From Candidatus Pelearchaeum maunauluense (GTDB taxonomy: Archaea > Thermoproteota > Nitrososphaeria_A > Caldarchaeales > Caldarchaeaceae): a DNA stretch of 64,000 nucleotides. Below are positions 41,854 to 52,309 of the stretch, piece after piece (the stretch's first letter is position 1; each line of letters begins with the position of its first letter). A program made the position numbers and the translations under genes. The notes below the pieces were generated by a model. It was not told the origin of the DNA. It made no database searches and was given only the letters and a program-made list of their open reading frames with translations. Location: contig JANVYQ010000001.1 of the NCBI GenBank assembly GCA_030059675.1, positions 160,001 through 224,000 on the forward strand, written 5' to 3'.

Positions 41854-42954
41854 CTAAAGCTCTAGGGCTGCAAGCCGCATTATAGGGTCCAGGAAGAAGT
41901 ATCTACCGTTGCTTTTTCCAACTATGCTTAGATTTTGAAGTCGCGTTAATAGTCTTGTGAGAGCCGCGTTGCTCATATACTTACCGCTCCATGATTCTAT
42001 TCGTCTCTTAATCTTAGACCACTCATCAACTCCTTCCGCGACGGCCTTCAGAACCAGCCTATAGTTATGTGAGGCGTAGATTAGTTTCCTTAATTCCTGT
42101 GTTGCTACTGACTTGGCTTCGGTTATTACTTGTTGAAGGATTTCCTTCGGCTCTTTGTCTGGGTTGCGTGTTGCCGTATAGCCATAGAGCGCAAGCCATC
42201 CCACAACGCCATCCAGCTTCTCCACAGCATCTATGATGCTATTATCCTCGGGTTCTATACCTAACTCCCTAAAACCAGCCCTAAGATAACCTATAGCCTC
42301 CTCGCGGTTAAATCTCTCTAATATAACCTCCTCCCTATACCTACCATAAAACTCTGATTCCTTTCCTCCAGCCTCCAAAAACTCCATGAGAAGCCCAATC
42401 TCAGAACCAGTTAGGACTGTGGTCAGCTGTCTTAGATTATCATATACGTGTGCAAGTAATGCTCTGAAGTTCAGCCTTCCTTTACCGCCTGTCATATAAC
42501 GGAGAAGTTGTGCCTCGTCTAGTGCTATTATTATGCGTGTTTGTTGTTCTATTGCCCAGTTGTTGAGCGCTGTGAAGAGCTGGTTTAGCAGCGGCGGCTT
42601 CATGCCCCAGTCAAGCTCCACACCACTACCTAGTATCTTCACACCCCTCACCCGTCTAAGATAGTCAGCAATCCTATACCTAGTTGAAAGTCTGCTCAAC
42701 GCGCCCGAGAGCTGAATGTAAAGCGCGGCCCTCGTGAAACCATCTTCCCCAACAGCCCTCAAGTCCAAGTATATGTATGGTAGGCCTGACTCTCTCAACG
42801 CAACTTTGAGCAGAGATGTCTTTCCCACACGCCTAATTCCTAGGAGTAGGATTAGCGGCTCTCCACGCTTGAACGCAGTAAGCAGACGCCGTAATTCCTT
42901 TTGCCTTCCATAAAGTTCGTGGCTACACTCTTTTGGTCTTGGGTCAAAGAGCAT
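41854..42954 (-). CDS. Archaeal AAA+ ATPase (ATPase_2/STAND-like) with C-terminal winged helix
   Basis: MLFDPRPK, LYGR, GIRRVGKTS, LDEAQ, LTGSE, DGVVGWL, DPIM; likely ATG 42954. Confidence 0.85.
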   Translation of the reverse strand: MLFDPRPKECSHELYGRQKELRRLLTAFKRGEPLILLLGIRRVGKTSLLKVALRESGLPYIYLDLRAVGEDGFTRAALYIQLSGALSRLSTRYRIADYLRRVRGVKILGSGVELDWGMKPPLLNQLFTALNNWAIEQQTRIIIALDEAQLLRYMTGGKGRLNFRALLAHVYDNLRQLTTVLTGSEIGLLMEFLEAGGKESEFYGRYREEVILERFNREEAIGYLRAGFRELGIEPEDNSIIDAVEKLDGVVGWLALYGYTATRNPDKEPKEILQQVITEAKSVATQELRKLIYASHNYRLVLKAVAEGVDEWSKIKRRIESWSGKYMSNAALTRLLTRLQNLSIVGKSNGRYFFLDPIMRLAALEL

Positions 42955-42992
42955 GTATCGCCCCCGATACCTAAGTATCACCCCTGATACTT
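42955..42992. repeat. Two tandem 16-nt palindromes GTATCR-CCCC-YGATAC, 20-nt period
   Basis: 42955-42970 GTATCGCCCCCGATAC; 42975-42990 GTATCACCCCTGATAC; directly upstream of the ATPase start codon. Confidence 0.85.
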
Positions 42993-43079
42993 AACATTTA
43001 CAGCCCAGAGAAAGCCTAATCTCTCAAAAATTTTGGGGCATTAAGCATCGTCTGAGCCTCTGGTCGGGGTATTTGATTG

Positions 43080-44144
43080 TTAGGCTGGTCTTAGAGGTGG
43101 GTTGTTTAGGCCTGTCTTCTCGTCTATTTTGAGCATTATGTTCATGCATTGGACCGCTTGGCCTGCTGCGCCTTTCATGAGGTTGTCTATCGCCGCCATT
43201 AGGGCTACTCGGCCTATTCTCTTCTCTACTGCGAAGCCTACGTCTGCGAAGTTGCTGCCCACGACGTATTTGGGGTCTGGATATCTGAATGGCGCGCCTC
43301 TGACTATTCTTATGAATGGCTCGCGGCCGTAGCGCTGGGCGTATAGGCGCCAGACCTGCTGCTCATCAACGTCCTGTGTGAGCCATACGTGGGCTGTGGC
43401 TAGAGCGCCGCGAACACTCCCTACCGCGTGTGGAACAAGCGCCACTTGGATTTTCTCATTAGCTAGGCGTTTTAGCTCCTGCTCAACTTCTGCCACGTGC
43501 CTATGGCCGTCTGCCTCGTAGGGACGTATGACGTTAGCCCTCTCTGGATGATGTGTCCCTAGGCTCGGCTTGATGCCCGCCTCACTGCTTCCAACTTTCA
43601 CATCAACAACTATACGTGAGAGCTCTATTATCTTGGCCTCCACCGCTGGTATTAGGGCGAGGAGCGCAGCAGTGGAGTTGCAGCCTGGACACGCAACCAA
43701 TTCCGCATCCTTTATCTCCTCGCGATGAAGCTCAGGCATACCATAAACAGCTTTATCCAACAATTCTGGACGGGGATGCTCAAAATCATACCACACACGA
43801 TAATCTTGTTGATTCCTCAGCCTGAAGTCGGGGCTTAAGTCTATAACACGCATACCCTGCTCCAGGAGCTTTGGAGCAAGCTCACTAGCTACCCCCTGTG
43901 GGGTGTTGATGAAGAGTATGTCGCATTTCTTGAGCATCTCATCCAGCGATACGTTGGAGAACTTGAGCGTGCCGTAGAAGCCGCGTAGATTAGGATGTAT
44001 TGCGGTTATTGGTTTCCCCGCATACTCGCGGGAGGACGCGTAAGTTACCTCTGCGTCAGGATGTGTTGCGAGTATCCTGAGCAGCTCTCCCCCCGTGTAT
44101 CCTGAAGCCCCGACAACGCCGACACGCACCATGCAAAACATCAA
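43080..44144 (-). CDS. lysY: [LysW]-aminoadipate/glutamate phosphate reductase
   Basis: GASGYTGGEL, DLSPDFR, PGCNST, IDNLMKGAAGQAVQ. Confidence 0.93.
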   Translation of the reverse strand: MMFCMVRVGVVGASGYTGGELLRILATHPDAEVTYASSREYAGKPITAIHPNLRGFYGTLKFSNVSLDEMLKKCDILFINTPQGVASELAPKLLEQGMRVIDLSPDFRLRNQQDYRVWYDFEHPRPELLDKAVYGMPELHREEIKDAELVACPGCNSTAALLALIPAVEAKIIELSRIVVDVKVGSSEAGIKPSLGTHHPERANVIRPYEADGHRHVAEVEQELKRLANEKIQVALVPHAVGSVRGALATAHVWLTQDVDEQQVWRLYAQRYGREPFIRIVRGAPFRYPDPKYVVGSNFADVGFAVEKRIGRVALMAAIDNLMKGAAGQAVQCMNIMLKIDEKTGLNNPPLRPA

Positions 44145-44225
44145 AGACGACGCTTATATAAAGTCAAACAAATAATAGCATCTCCCTAACAATAGTAGCA
44201 TGGGTAGAGAAGTGATATCAGGCAT

Positions 44226-44414
44226 GTGGAAAAATACTACGCAATAATGCTGACTGGCCTCCTCATACTCGTCCTAGGTGTTAGCGCGATTTTGCTGCTG
44301 GTAGAAGCTCCTCAGGGGCCGTTGACCGGCGTGTTTGTCTTGTTTAGCTTCGCTGCCATTGTTGTGAGTGGTGTAGCTATCTTTATGGCGTTGTCGTTTG
44401 GTGTTGCTGTTTAA
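44226..44414 (+). CDS. Small two-TM membrane protein
   Basis: Two hydrophobic helices; fills an intergenic gap. Confidence 0.5.
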   Translation: MEKYYAIMLTGLLILVLGVSAILLLVEAPQGPLTGVFVLFSFAAIVVSGVAIFMALSFGVAV

Positions 44415-44519
44415 ACGATATTGAGGGCTCGCGAAGAGTATGATGCAACAAAACGCGAGTATGAGCAAGTATAGTAATGGTTTGTGAGGAGAGCCCGCCG
44501 CTGCTATGCGCGTGTTGTG

Positions 44520-44969
44520 CTAGTTTTGCGTATCTTCTCCGTCTTCCCGTTCTTGCATCGTCTCGCCAGACTCGCTAACCTTCTCCCTAACCTCCCTCAA
44601 TACTCGTTTCATGAAGTCTCGTGTAAGGACACCTGCTTCAAGCAGGTTTACTATGGAGTTGGGCGACGCCTCTCCCGTAACTCTTCCCAAACTCCCGCGT
44701 AGCTGTCTCCATTTGAGCTGGGTGTTTCCGCTCTTTGATTTGTATATCACGCCTAGCACGTCTATTGCTTTGACGAAGGTTATGTCGCGTATCTTGTTCA
44801 GCTCTATCTTGGAGGCCGCCTCAACATATATCGTTCCCTCGGATGAGTTTCGCTCAGGGAATATTGAAGAGTCGTGAAGATAGCCTTTTGGCATAAATGA
44901 GTAGCATGTGTTGAGTATTATGAAGCGTCTAAACTTGTCCAGTGGGGTTCTGGTGTCTATTTGAACCAT
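44520..44969 (-). CDS. Hypothetical protein
   Basis: Clean globular-looking ORF, no recognised motif. Confidence 0.65.
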   Translation of the reverse strand: MVQIDTRTPLDKFRRFIILNTCYSFMPKGYLHDSSIFPERNSSEGTIYVEAASKIELNKIRDITFVKAIDVLGVIYKSKSGNTQLKWRQLRGSLGRVTGEASPNSIVNLLEAGVLTRDFMKRVLREVREKVSESGETMQEREDGEDTQN

Positions 44970-45105
44970 CTCACTCTCTAAACCTCGTGGCGCTCTAGGT
45001 TATCCGTGGGCTGGTATCCAATATTCCTTACTCACTTTTCTACCTTAATAAAATCTCCTAATACCACGGTCTCTTATCTAAAAATATCCGTCTATTTGAC
45101 GACTC

Positions 45106-45426
45106 CTAGCGGCGCACTATTCTTATGTCTTTTCTTCTTGGCAGGACGCGGTCAAGCAGTGTTTTCAGTGTGTTGTCGTCAATGGGTGTTCTTAGCTGGC
45201 CAGCCTGCGCTGCCTGTATGAGGTATTCCTCTATCCTCTCAGCAATCTCAGGCTTGACAAGCTTTAGGTTGTTTAGCCTCTGTCTCGCTTCAGGTGTTAG
45301 AATTATACGCATGGCAGCGGCTCTCTCAATCTCCCTCTGCCGCCTAGCCTGCTCCTCCGCAATACGCGCCTGAAGCTCGGCCATCTTCTGCTGCCTTATA
45401 CGCGCAAGCTCCTCATCCTCAGACAT
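45106..45426 (-). CDS. PDCD5/TFAR19-like DNA-binding protein
   Basis: ELARIRQQKMAEL, ILTPEARQRLNNLKLVKPE, LIQAAQAG. Confidence 0.92.
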   Translation of the reverse strand: MSEDEELARIRQQKMAELQARIAEEQARRQREIERAAAMRIILTPEARQRLNNLKLVKPEIAERIEEYLIQAAQAGQLRTPIDDNTLKTLLDRVLPRRKDIRIVRR

Positions 45427-45625
45427 CCCAAGCCTCCTCCACAGACGTCTAAACCAAGATTCGGCAGCGGCAGCTATTAACTACTTCTCTGAACATAAAT
45501 TTTTAAGGATTTAGAAAGACATGGCTCCACTCTCGGCGAAAAATATTGAGGACTGCTGATCCTTTATTAGTTGGTTGTATGAAGACCATCCAAAAGCCTA
45601 GTATGGAGAGCTCTATGTAGGTGGT

Positions 45626-48346
45626 TTGATGGGTAACGCTGCCTCTGAGCTGGCTGAATGGCACGCTCTAAGTATTGAGGAAGTGGCCAGGGCGCTGGAG
45701 ACAGACCTGACTCATGGCCTAGCCGATGATGAAGCACGGCGGAGGCTTGAGATTTACGGCCCAAACCAGCTTGAGGCAGCCAAGAAAATATCACCCATTA
45801 AAATCTTTCTGAAACAATTCACAAACATACTCCTGGGAATACTACTCATAGCTACGCTTGTATCAGCGTTTCTAGGAGAGGTTATAGATGCTCTAGTTAT
45901 CCTCATAATAGTTTTCTTCGTAGCTGTTTTAGGATTTATCCAAGAGTATCGTGCTGAGCGTTCATTGGAAGAGCTGCGCAAATTACTAAGCCCAACATGC
46001 AGCGTTTTACGCGGTGGTGTTGTCCGTAGGATTGAAGTGAGAGAGATTGTTCCAGGCGATGTGGTTATTCTTGAAGCGGGGGACAAGACGCCAGCAGACC
46101 TTAGGCTGGTTGAGTCAATTAGCCTCAAGATTGATGAATCACCCCTTACGGGGGAGTCAACGCCTGTTGAGAAGGATGTTAAGCCGTTGCTGCGCGAGAC
46201 GCCGTTAGCTGACCGTGTTAATATGGCGTTCTCTGGTACTGTCGTGGTTTATGGGCGCGGCCGCGGTGTTGTGGTAGCAACGGGGATGCGTACGGAGTTG
46301 GGGAAGATAGCGCGTGCAGCCGCTGAGGTTGAGGAGGAAAAGACTCCACTGGAGCTGAAGATGGCTGAGATAGGGAGGAAGTTCGGCGCTATAGCGTTGG
46401 TGGTTATTGCTATAATTGCAGCCGTAGAGGCGGGTCAGGAAATCATCACCACAGGGCTTAGTATGCAGTTCCTCTTGGATGTTCTCCTCTTCGCTATAGC
46501 GCTTGCCGTAGCAGCGATACCCGAAGCCCTCCCCGCGATAATCACCGCGAGCCTAGCAATAGGCATGCGCATAATGGCTAAGCGGAACGCTCTTGTTAGG
46601 CGGATGCCAGCGGTAGAGACCCTAGGTGCAACTCAGGTAATATGCTTTGACAAAACTGGCACGCTAACACGTGGGGAGATGACGGTCAGAATAATACGAA
46701 CCATGGATAATGTTTTTGATATTACGGGGACTGGGTATAGTCTTGATGGGGAGGTTCTCATAGATGGTGGGCGTGTGAATCTTGATGATTATCCGATTTT
46801 GGCCAGGCTGGCGCGGGTGGCGGTTCTCTGTAATGATGCTACTCTGGAGGTTGAAGATAGTAGCGTTTCTACGCAGGGCGACCCTACTGAGGTGGCTCTT
46901 CTAATAATGGCCGTGAAGCTTGGGCTTGACATCAACGCGGTGAGACGTGAGAATCCGCGTGTTGGTGAGGTTCCTTTCAGCCCTGAGCGGCGTAGGATGA
47001 CCACCATAAACCTCGTTGATGGTGTTAGGAAAGCCTACATGAAGGGTGCGCCAGAGGCTGTGCTGGCTTCATGCAACAGTATCCGAATCAACGGCGAGGT
47101 GCGTAGGCTAACCAGCCAAGACAGGGAGAGGATTATGCAGTCTGTAGATTCTATGGCTGGCCAGGCTCTCCGCGTCTTAGCCCTTGCCGAGAAAGAGGAC
47201 CTAGATGATAATGAGACGGAGAGCGGATTCGCATTCCTCGGCCTTGTGGGTATGATGGACCCGCCTAGGCCTGATGCTATAGCTGCCGTAGCATCTGCGC
47301 GCGAAGCTGGTATGAGGTCAATAATGATAACTGGAGACCATAAGCTAACCGCTGTAGCGGTAGCTAGTGAGGCTGGGATACTACGCGAGGGCGATTACGT
47401 GATTACTGGCGATGAGTTGGAGAGAATGAGCGACGCGGAGCTGGATAAGGTTGTGGAGCGGACAACCGTGTATGCGCGTATATCGCCGCTCCATAAGCTG
47501 CGTATAGTTGAGGCCTGGCGGAGGCGCGGGTTTGTGGTGGCTATGACTGGAGATGGTGTTAATGATGCCCCCGCGTTGAGGCGCGCCGATATAGGGATAG
47601 CTATGGGTAGGACAGGGACGGAGGTCGCCAAAGAGTCAGCCGACATGATACTTAATGATGATAACTTCGCCACAATAGTGAAGGCTGTAGAACTTGGACG
47701 GTGGATATACGATAATATCAAGAAGTATCTAGCTTACTTGCTCCAGGCGAATCTGGTAGAGATAGCTGTTATCGCCGTGTCATCTCTAGTAATACTACGT
47801 CTCATGGGTTTTGAGGGGGAGGAGGCGCTCCCTCTGCTGCCCGTCCACATACTCTACATAAACCTGGCCACAGACGGGTTGCCAGCACTCGCTTTGGGCT
47901 TCAGCCCAGCAGACCCAGACATTATGAAGAGACCACCGCGAGCCAAGGACGAGCCCGTCTTCACGCGGGAGATTAAGCTCTTTCTAGCCAGAGCGCTGCT
48001 CATAGAGGCCCCGCTACTTCTACTGGCGTTCTACACAGCCCTACCATCAGGCGTTGAGGCTGCGCGAACGAGGCTGTTTCTAATGTTCATCTTCATAGAG
48101 CTTGCGGTAGCGATAAACTGCCGCTCCTTGATACACCCAGTAACACACGCTAAGCCGCATGGGTCTCTTATTCTCGCCGTCTTATGGGAGGCCGCGCTGA
48201 TAATAGTGTTGATGACAATTCCAGCGGCGCGTGAGGCTCTTCAGGTTGCTATACCAAGTATGGTTGACCTAGCCTGGGTAGTGGGAGGGATGTTCATAAC
48301 ATTCTCCAGCATGGAGCTATTGAAGTACTATGCGCTTAGACGCTAG
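45626..48346 (+). CDS. P-type ATPase, P2A (Ca2+/Mn2+) type
   Basis: TGES, AIPEALP, DKTGTLT, KGAPE, TGDGVNDAP, INLATDG. Confidence 0.95.
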   Translation: MMGNAASELAEWHALSIEEVARALETDLTHGLADDEARRRLEIYGPNQLEAAKKISPIKIFLKQFTNILLGILLIATLVSAFLGEVIDALVILIIVFFVAVLGFIQEYRAERSLEELRKLLSPTCSVLRGGVVRRIEVREIVPGDVVILEAGDKTPADLRLVESISLKIDESPLTGESTPVEKDVKPLLRETPLADRVNMAFSGTVVVYGRGRGVVVATGMRTELGKIARAAAEVEEEKTPLELKMAEIGRKFGAIALVVIAIIAAVEAGQEIITTGLSMQFLLDVLLFAIALAVAAIPEALPAIITASLAIGMRIMAKRNALVRRMPAVETLGATQVICFDKTGTLTRGEMTVRIIRTMDNVFDITGTGYSLDGEVLIDGGRVNLDDYPILARLARVAVLCNDATLEVEDSSVSTQGDPTEVALLIMAVKLGLDINAVRRENPRVGEVPFSPERRRMTTINLVDGVRKAYMKGAPEAVLASCNSIRINGEVRRLTSQDRERIMQSVDSMAGQALRVLALAEKEDLDDNETESGFAFLGLVGMMDPPRPDAIAAVASAREAGMRSIMITGDHKLTAVAVASEAGILREGDYVITGDELERMSDAELDKVVERTTVYARISPLHKLRIVEAWRRRGFVVAMTGDGVNDAPALRRADIGIAMGRTGTEVAKESADMILNDDNFATIVKAVELGRWIYDNIKKYLAYLLQANLVEIAVIAVSSLVILRLMGFEGEEALPLLPVHILYINLATDGLPALALGFSPADPDIMKRPPRAKDEPVFTREIKLFLARALLIEAPLLLLAFYTALPSGVEAARTRLFLMFIFIELAVAINCRSLIHPVTHAKPHGSLILAVLWEAALIIVLMTIPAAREALQVAIPSMVDLAWVVGGMFITFSSMELLKYYALRR

Positions 48347-49056
48347 AACGTCTCTAGCTCCTGCACAGAAGCTACATAGATGCGTGAGAGCTCATCAGCC
48401 GTTGGGACGTTTATGCCCAGGTCAAGTAGCTTGTTAAGCGCCTCTATAGCTCTCCTGGCGGCGTAGAAGTCTGGGATCATCTCAGCCGTCTCAACGAGCA
48501 TAGCGAAGTTCTTCATGTTATGCTCCGCGGCCAAAACCGCGAGAAGGCCTGCTGCGCCTACTATCTGGCCAGCGTAGCGCACACCACCAACCTTACTCGT
48601 CCACTCCTCCAGCGTATCTGGGTCGGTTGAGCTACAGTATATCTCGCGTAGCTCTGAGACACTTTCCTTACCATAGCCTCCTAGCGTTATTATAGTGTTG
48701 CATCCAAGGTCTTTGGCGAAGCGGACAACTTTATCGCAGAAGTCGTGCTGGCCGAAGCTCGTTGAGGGCTGGGAGTTGCCGTAGAGGAGGAATAGGTTTA
48801 GGGGTTTTGATGCATAGTAAATGTCAGCGAAGCTGAAGATAATCTTCCCTTCCGACACATATCCGACAGATGGGAAGTGCGGCGAGAATATTCTACAAAC
48901 ATGCTTCACGTCAAGCTGCTTGATTACATACGAGACGGCGACTTTCGCAACTAGCCCAATACCAGGAAGCCCCTCAATAAGAACACCATCACTAACACGC
49001 GGGGCTTCTACACCATCCGCCAAAACAAACTCGGTCTCAATCACAGCAATCCACAA
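48343..49056 (-). CDS. PAC2-family proteasome assembly chaperone
   Basis: EGLPGIGLVAK, FPS, IITLGG, IVGAAGLL, PD..AA. Confidence 0.85.
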   Translation of the reverse strand: MWIAVIETEFVLADGVEAPRVSDGVLIEGLPGIGLVAKVAVSYVIKQLDVKHVCRIFSPHFPSVGYVSEGKIIFSFADIYYASKPLNLFLLYGNSQPSTSFGQHDFCDKVVRFAKDLGCNTIITLGGYGKESVSELREIYCSSTDPDTLEEWTSKVGGVRYAGQIVGAAGLLAVLAAEHNMKNFAMLVETAEMIPDFYAARRAIEALNKLLDLGINVPTADELSRIYVASVQELETF

Positions 49057-49181
49057 TACCTACCCAGTATTAAGACGTTTCCCCCTAAGAAGAGACAGGG
49101 ATGGGATTGTCGTAGTTTATAAGGAGGGGACGTGGAGTGTTGGGTATTTTAAGCTGGTGCTGGCGTCGCTCTGGTGTGGCG

Positions 49182-50747
49182 ATGAAGATTCTCTTTGAGG
49201 TTCGTGCTAAGGATTTGCTGGGTAGGCTGGGGAGGGTTAGGATAGGGGATAAGTCCATAGAAACCCCCGCGTTCGTTCCAGTCATAAACCCCATAAACCA
49301 GATAATACCAGCGCAGGAGATTAAGCATGAGTTCGGATGCGGTATTGTAATAACCAATTCTTACATTCTTTACCGCCGCCTTCGCGATGAGGCGGCTGAG
49401 CGTGGCGTTCATTCAATAATAGGGTTTGACGGCGTGGTTATGACCGATTCTGGTGGCTATCAAGTTCTTGAGTATGGAGGCGTTGATGCTGGGCCTGTTG
49501 AGACAGCTTTGTTTCAGGAGAGTATAGGAACGGATGTGGCTATTCCGCTTGATAAGCCAACTGGAGTCGTTGGCCGTGCTGAGGCATTAGCTACTGTTGA
49601 GCAGACCTTGGCTAATGTTAGGGAGACTATAAGGGCTCTGGGTGATTCTAGGCGATGCGCGTGGGCGGCTCCTATACAGGGTGGCATATACGCGGATTTG
49701 GTTAAGCGGTGTGCGGAGGAGCTCTCAGAGATGGGGTTCTTTGACATCTACGCCCTCGGAAGCCCCACACCGCTTATGCAGAACTATCAATACGAAAAGC
49801 TGGTTAAGATGATGGCCGTCGCTAAGCTCGCCTCGCCAGTTGATAGGCCTCTCCACCTCTTCGGTGCAGGGCATCCCATGATGTTTGCTTTCGCCGCCGC
49901 CCTCGGATACGATACGTTTGACTCTGCCAGCTATGTTCTATTCGCGCGTGAGGGTAGGTATATGCTTGATACTAGGACGGTTAAGCTGGAGAAGCTGGAA
50001 TACCTGCCCTGCGAGTGTAAGGCTTGCAGGGGGGTTAGTGTCCGCGAGCTGCGTAGCATGGAGCATCGCGAGAGGACACGGCTATTGGCGTATCATAATT
50101 TGAGCGTCTGCTTCCGCGAGGTTGCTCTAGTTAAGCAGGCGATAGCCGAGGGGCGGCTATTTGAGCTGCTGGAGCTACGCGCCAGGGGGCATCCAGCCCT
50201 CATGCAAGCGCTCCACCATCTTATACATGATGACAAGACCCTCTCAGCTATGGAGAGCCATACGCCAATAAGCAAGCCCCGCGCCCTCGCGCTTTATGAT
50301 TCTAGCAGCCTAGCTAGACCCGAGGTGCGACGAGCTACTAAACGCCTAGCCTATATCAGTCTCAACCCATACTCAAGGGTTAGGGCTGTAATGATACCAC
50401 AGCGCGTAGTAACTACGAAGAGGCTTGAAGACCTGCTCACACGACTACGGGAGCACGTGAATATAGAGGAGGCTATTCTGATGACATACTACTCTCCCTT
50501 CGGAGCTGTTCCCCTACCGCTCGCGCGCACGTATCCATTCTCCCAAGTTATCTACCCAAGCTCGCTGCTCTCAAGTGATGTTGAGGATAATATAGGCAGG
50601 GCCGTGGATGTTTTAAGAAGAAGCAAAGTTCGCGAGGTTTTATTGGTTAAATGGCGGCGCGAACCCCCTGAATGGTTCATAAAAGCACTAAAGGAAAGGA
50701 TAATTGAGGAATTGAGAGACGTGAAGGCTGGGACAGTAGAGATTTAA
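49182..50747 (+). CDS. tgtA: Archaeal tRNA-guanine(15) transglycosylase
   Basis: ETPAFVPV, ITNSYI, MTDSGGYQ, HLFGAGHP, FDSASY, CECKAC; likely ATG 49182. Confidence 0.93.
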   Translation: MKILFEVRAKDLLGRLGRVRIGDKSIETPAFVPVINPINQIIPAQEIKHEFGCGIVITNSYILYRRLRDEAAERGVHSIIGFDGVVMTDSGGYQVLEYGGVDAGPVETALFQESIGTDVAIPLDKPTGVVGRAEALATVEQTLANVRETIRALGDSRRCAWAAPIQGGIYADLVKRCAEELSEMGFFDIYALGSPTPLMQNYQYEKLVKMMAVAKLASPVDRPLHLFGAGHPMMFAFAAALGYDTFDSASYVLFAREGRYMLDTRTVKLEKLEYLPCECKACRGVSVRELRSMEHRERTRLLAYHNLSVCFREVALVKQAIAEGRLFELLELRARGHPALMQALHHLIHDDKTLSAMESHTPISKPRALALYDSSSLARPEVRRATKRLAYISLNPYSRVRAVMIPQRVVTTKRLEDLLTRLREHVNIEEAILMTYYSPFGAVPLPLARTYPFSQVIYPSSLLSSDVEDNIGRAVDVLRRSKVREVLLVKWRREPPEWFIKALKERIIEELRDVKAGTVEI

Positions 50748-50973
50748 CAGTCCGAGCCTCCTCTTCTTGGAGATAAGGCAGACTTAAGACTAAATTCGCC
50801 TAGGCTAGCCGACTTCACCAGCCTTGGGCTGGTATACATCTATAAATAATACATCCCCGTATATGCGCTTAGCTGGTAATTGGCGAAATAGGGCATCAGT
50901 AAGAAAGGGAAGGGGTTGCTTAAGCAGAAATGACGCTTACCGTATCATAGGTGTTTGGAGGGCTGGATGACGC

Positions 50974-52227
50974 TTGGAGATTACTTTTTTAGGAGGGGCT
51001 AGGGAGGTCGGCAGGTCAGCCGTTCTAGTCAGGTACAAGAACACGCAGGTATTGTTGGACTATGGTGTAATGCTTAACGACCATCCAGAGTTCCCCATGC
51101 ACGTAGAGCCTAGGAAGATAGACGCCATACTGCTCACCCACTCGCATCTAGACCATTCGGGCAGCATACCCATGCTGTACATAAGCCATACGCCGCGGAT
51201 ATACGCTACACGCATGACGCGCGAGACCGCCGAGCTACTCCTACAAGACTTCATCAAACTATCAGGATACTACCTACCATTTGAGCGGGTTGAGATGGAG
51301 TCCATGCTACGGCTATGCCGCGAGGTCTATTACCGCGAGCCATTCAAAGTACGCGACCTTGAGATAGAGTTTATAGACGCAGGCCACATACCTGGTAGCG
51401 CGCAGATACTAATCAAGGGTGATAAGACTCTAGTCTATACTGGGGACTTTACCACGATTAGGTCTAAGATGCTTGATGGCGCAGATACTCAGGTGGGCGA
51501 CGCCGATGGAGTTATAATAGAATCCACCTACGCCTTGGAGGACCATCCTGAGCGCGAGGAGCTGGAGCGAAGCTTTGTAGAGGCGTGTAAAGAGGTTGTG
51601 GAAAATGGAGGGCGTGTTCTTGTTCCAGCGTTCTCTGTAGGCAGGGCACAAGAGATAATGTGCGTTTTGCACGCGCGAGGGTTCAAGCACCCTATATGGC
51701 TGGACGGGATGGCGCGCCGCACACTTGACCACTATCTTGAAGATAGACGCTTCGTGGATAACTATGATTTGTTGAATAAAGCTGGCAGAAGGGTGAGGCG
51801 TGTGATTGGTAGGCGCGGGAGGGAGGCTGCGCTCTCAGAGCCAGGGGTAATCATAAGCCCAGCAGGCATGCTCAAAGGCGGGCCAGCACTTCACTACGCA
51901 GCGAAGCTTGCCGACGACCCGCGCTCAGCCATCTTCTTAGTTAGCTTCCAGATACCTGGCACACCTGGGGCTACGTTGCTGGAAGAAAAGATACTGGTCG
52001 CTGATGGTGAGGAGAGGAAGGTAAAATGTAGAGTTGAGCAGTTCAGGTTCTCAGGCCATGCTGGGAGAAGCCAGCTCCATAACTATCTTAGGAGCGTGGA
52101 GACTGCAGCCAAGATATACGCCATACATGGCGAGGAGCAGGCATGCACGGCTTTGGCCGAGTGGAGCATAAACGAGCTGGGAGCAGAGGCACACGCACCC
52201 CAAAAAGGCCAAACCTACACAATCTAG
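50974..52227 (+). CDS. MBL/beta-CASP ribonuclease (aCPSF2-like)
   Basis: GGAREVGRS, THSHLDH, AGHIPGS, YTGD, ESTY, FSGHA. Confidence 0.88.
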   Translation: MEITFLGGAREVGRSAVLVRYKNTQVLLDYGVMLNDHPEFPMHVEPRKIDAILLTHSHLDHSGSIPMLYISHTPRIYATRMTRETAELLLQDFIKLSGYYLPFERVEMESMLRLCREVYYREPFKVRDLEIEFIDAGHIPGSAQILIKGDKTLVYTGDFTTIRSKMLDGADTQVGDADGVIIESTYALEDHPEREELERSFVEACKEVVENGGRVLVPAFSVGRAQEIMCVLHARGFKHPIWLDGMARRTLDHYLEDRRFVDNYDLLNKAGRRVRRVIGRRGREAALSEPGVIISPAGMLKGGPALHYAAKLADDPRSAIFLVSFQIPGTPGATLLEEKILVADGEERKVKCRVEQFRFSGHAGRSQLHNYLRSVETAAKIYAIHGEEQACTALAEWSINELGAEAHAPQKGQTYTI

Positions 52228-52309
52228 CCCGAAGCTAGATTAACTAAACAATATACACCCTGGTAAAATTTTAACAATTATACCATAACCGTAGCTATGT
52301 TAGCACATC

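Noticed and set aside
42955-42992. Mini CRISPR array
   Set aside because: Only two 16-nt units with a 4-nt gap, no spacers and no cas genes
45430-45625. Riboswitch upstream of the P-type ATPase
   Set aside because: No recognisable yybP-ykoY or fluoride riboswitch consensus by eye
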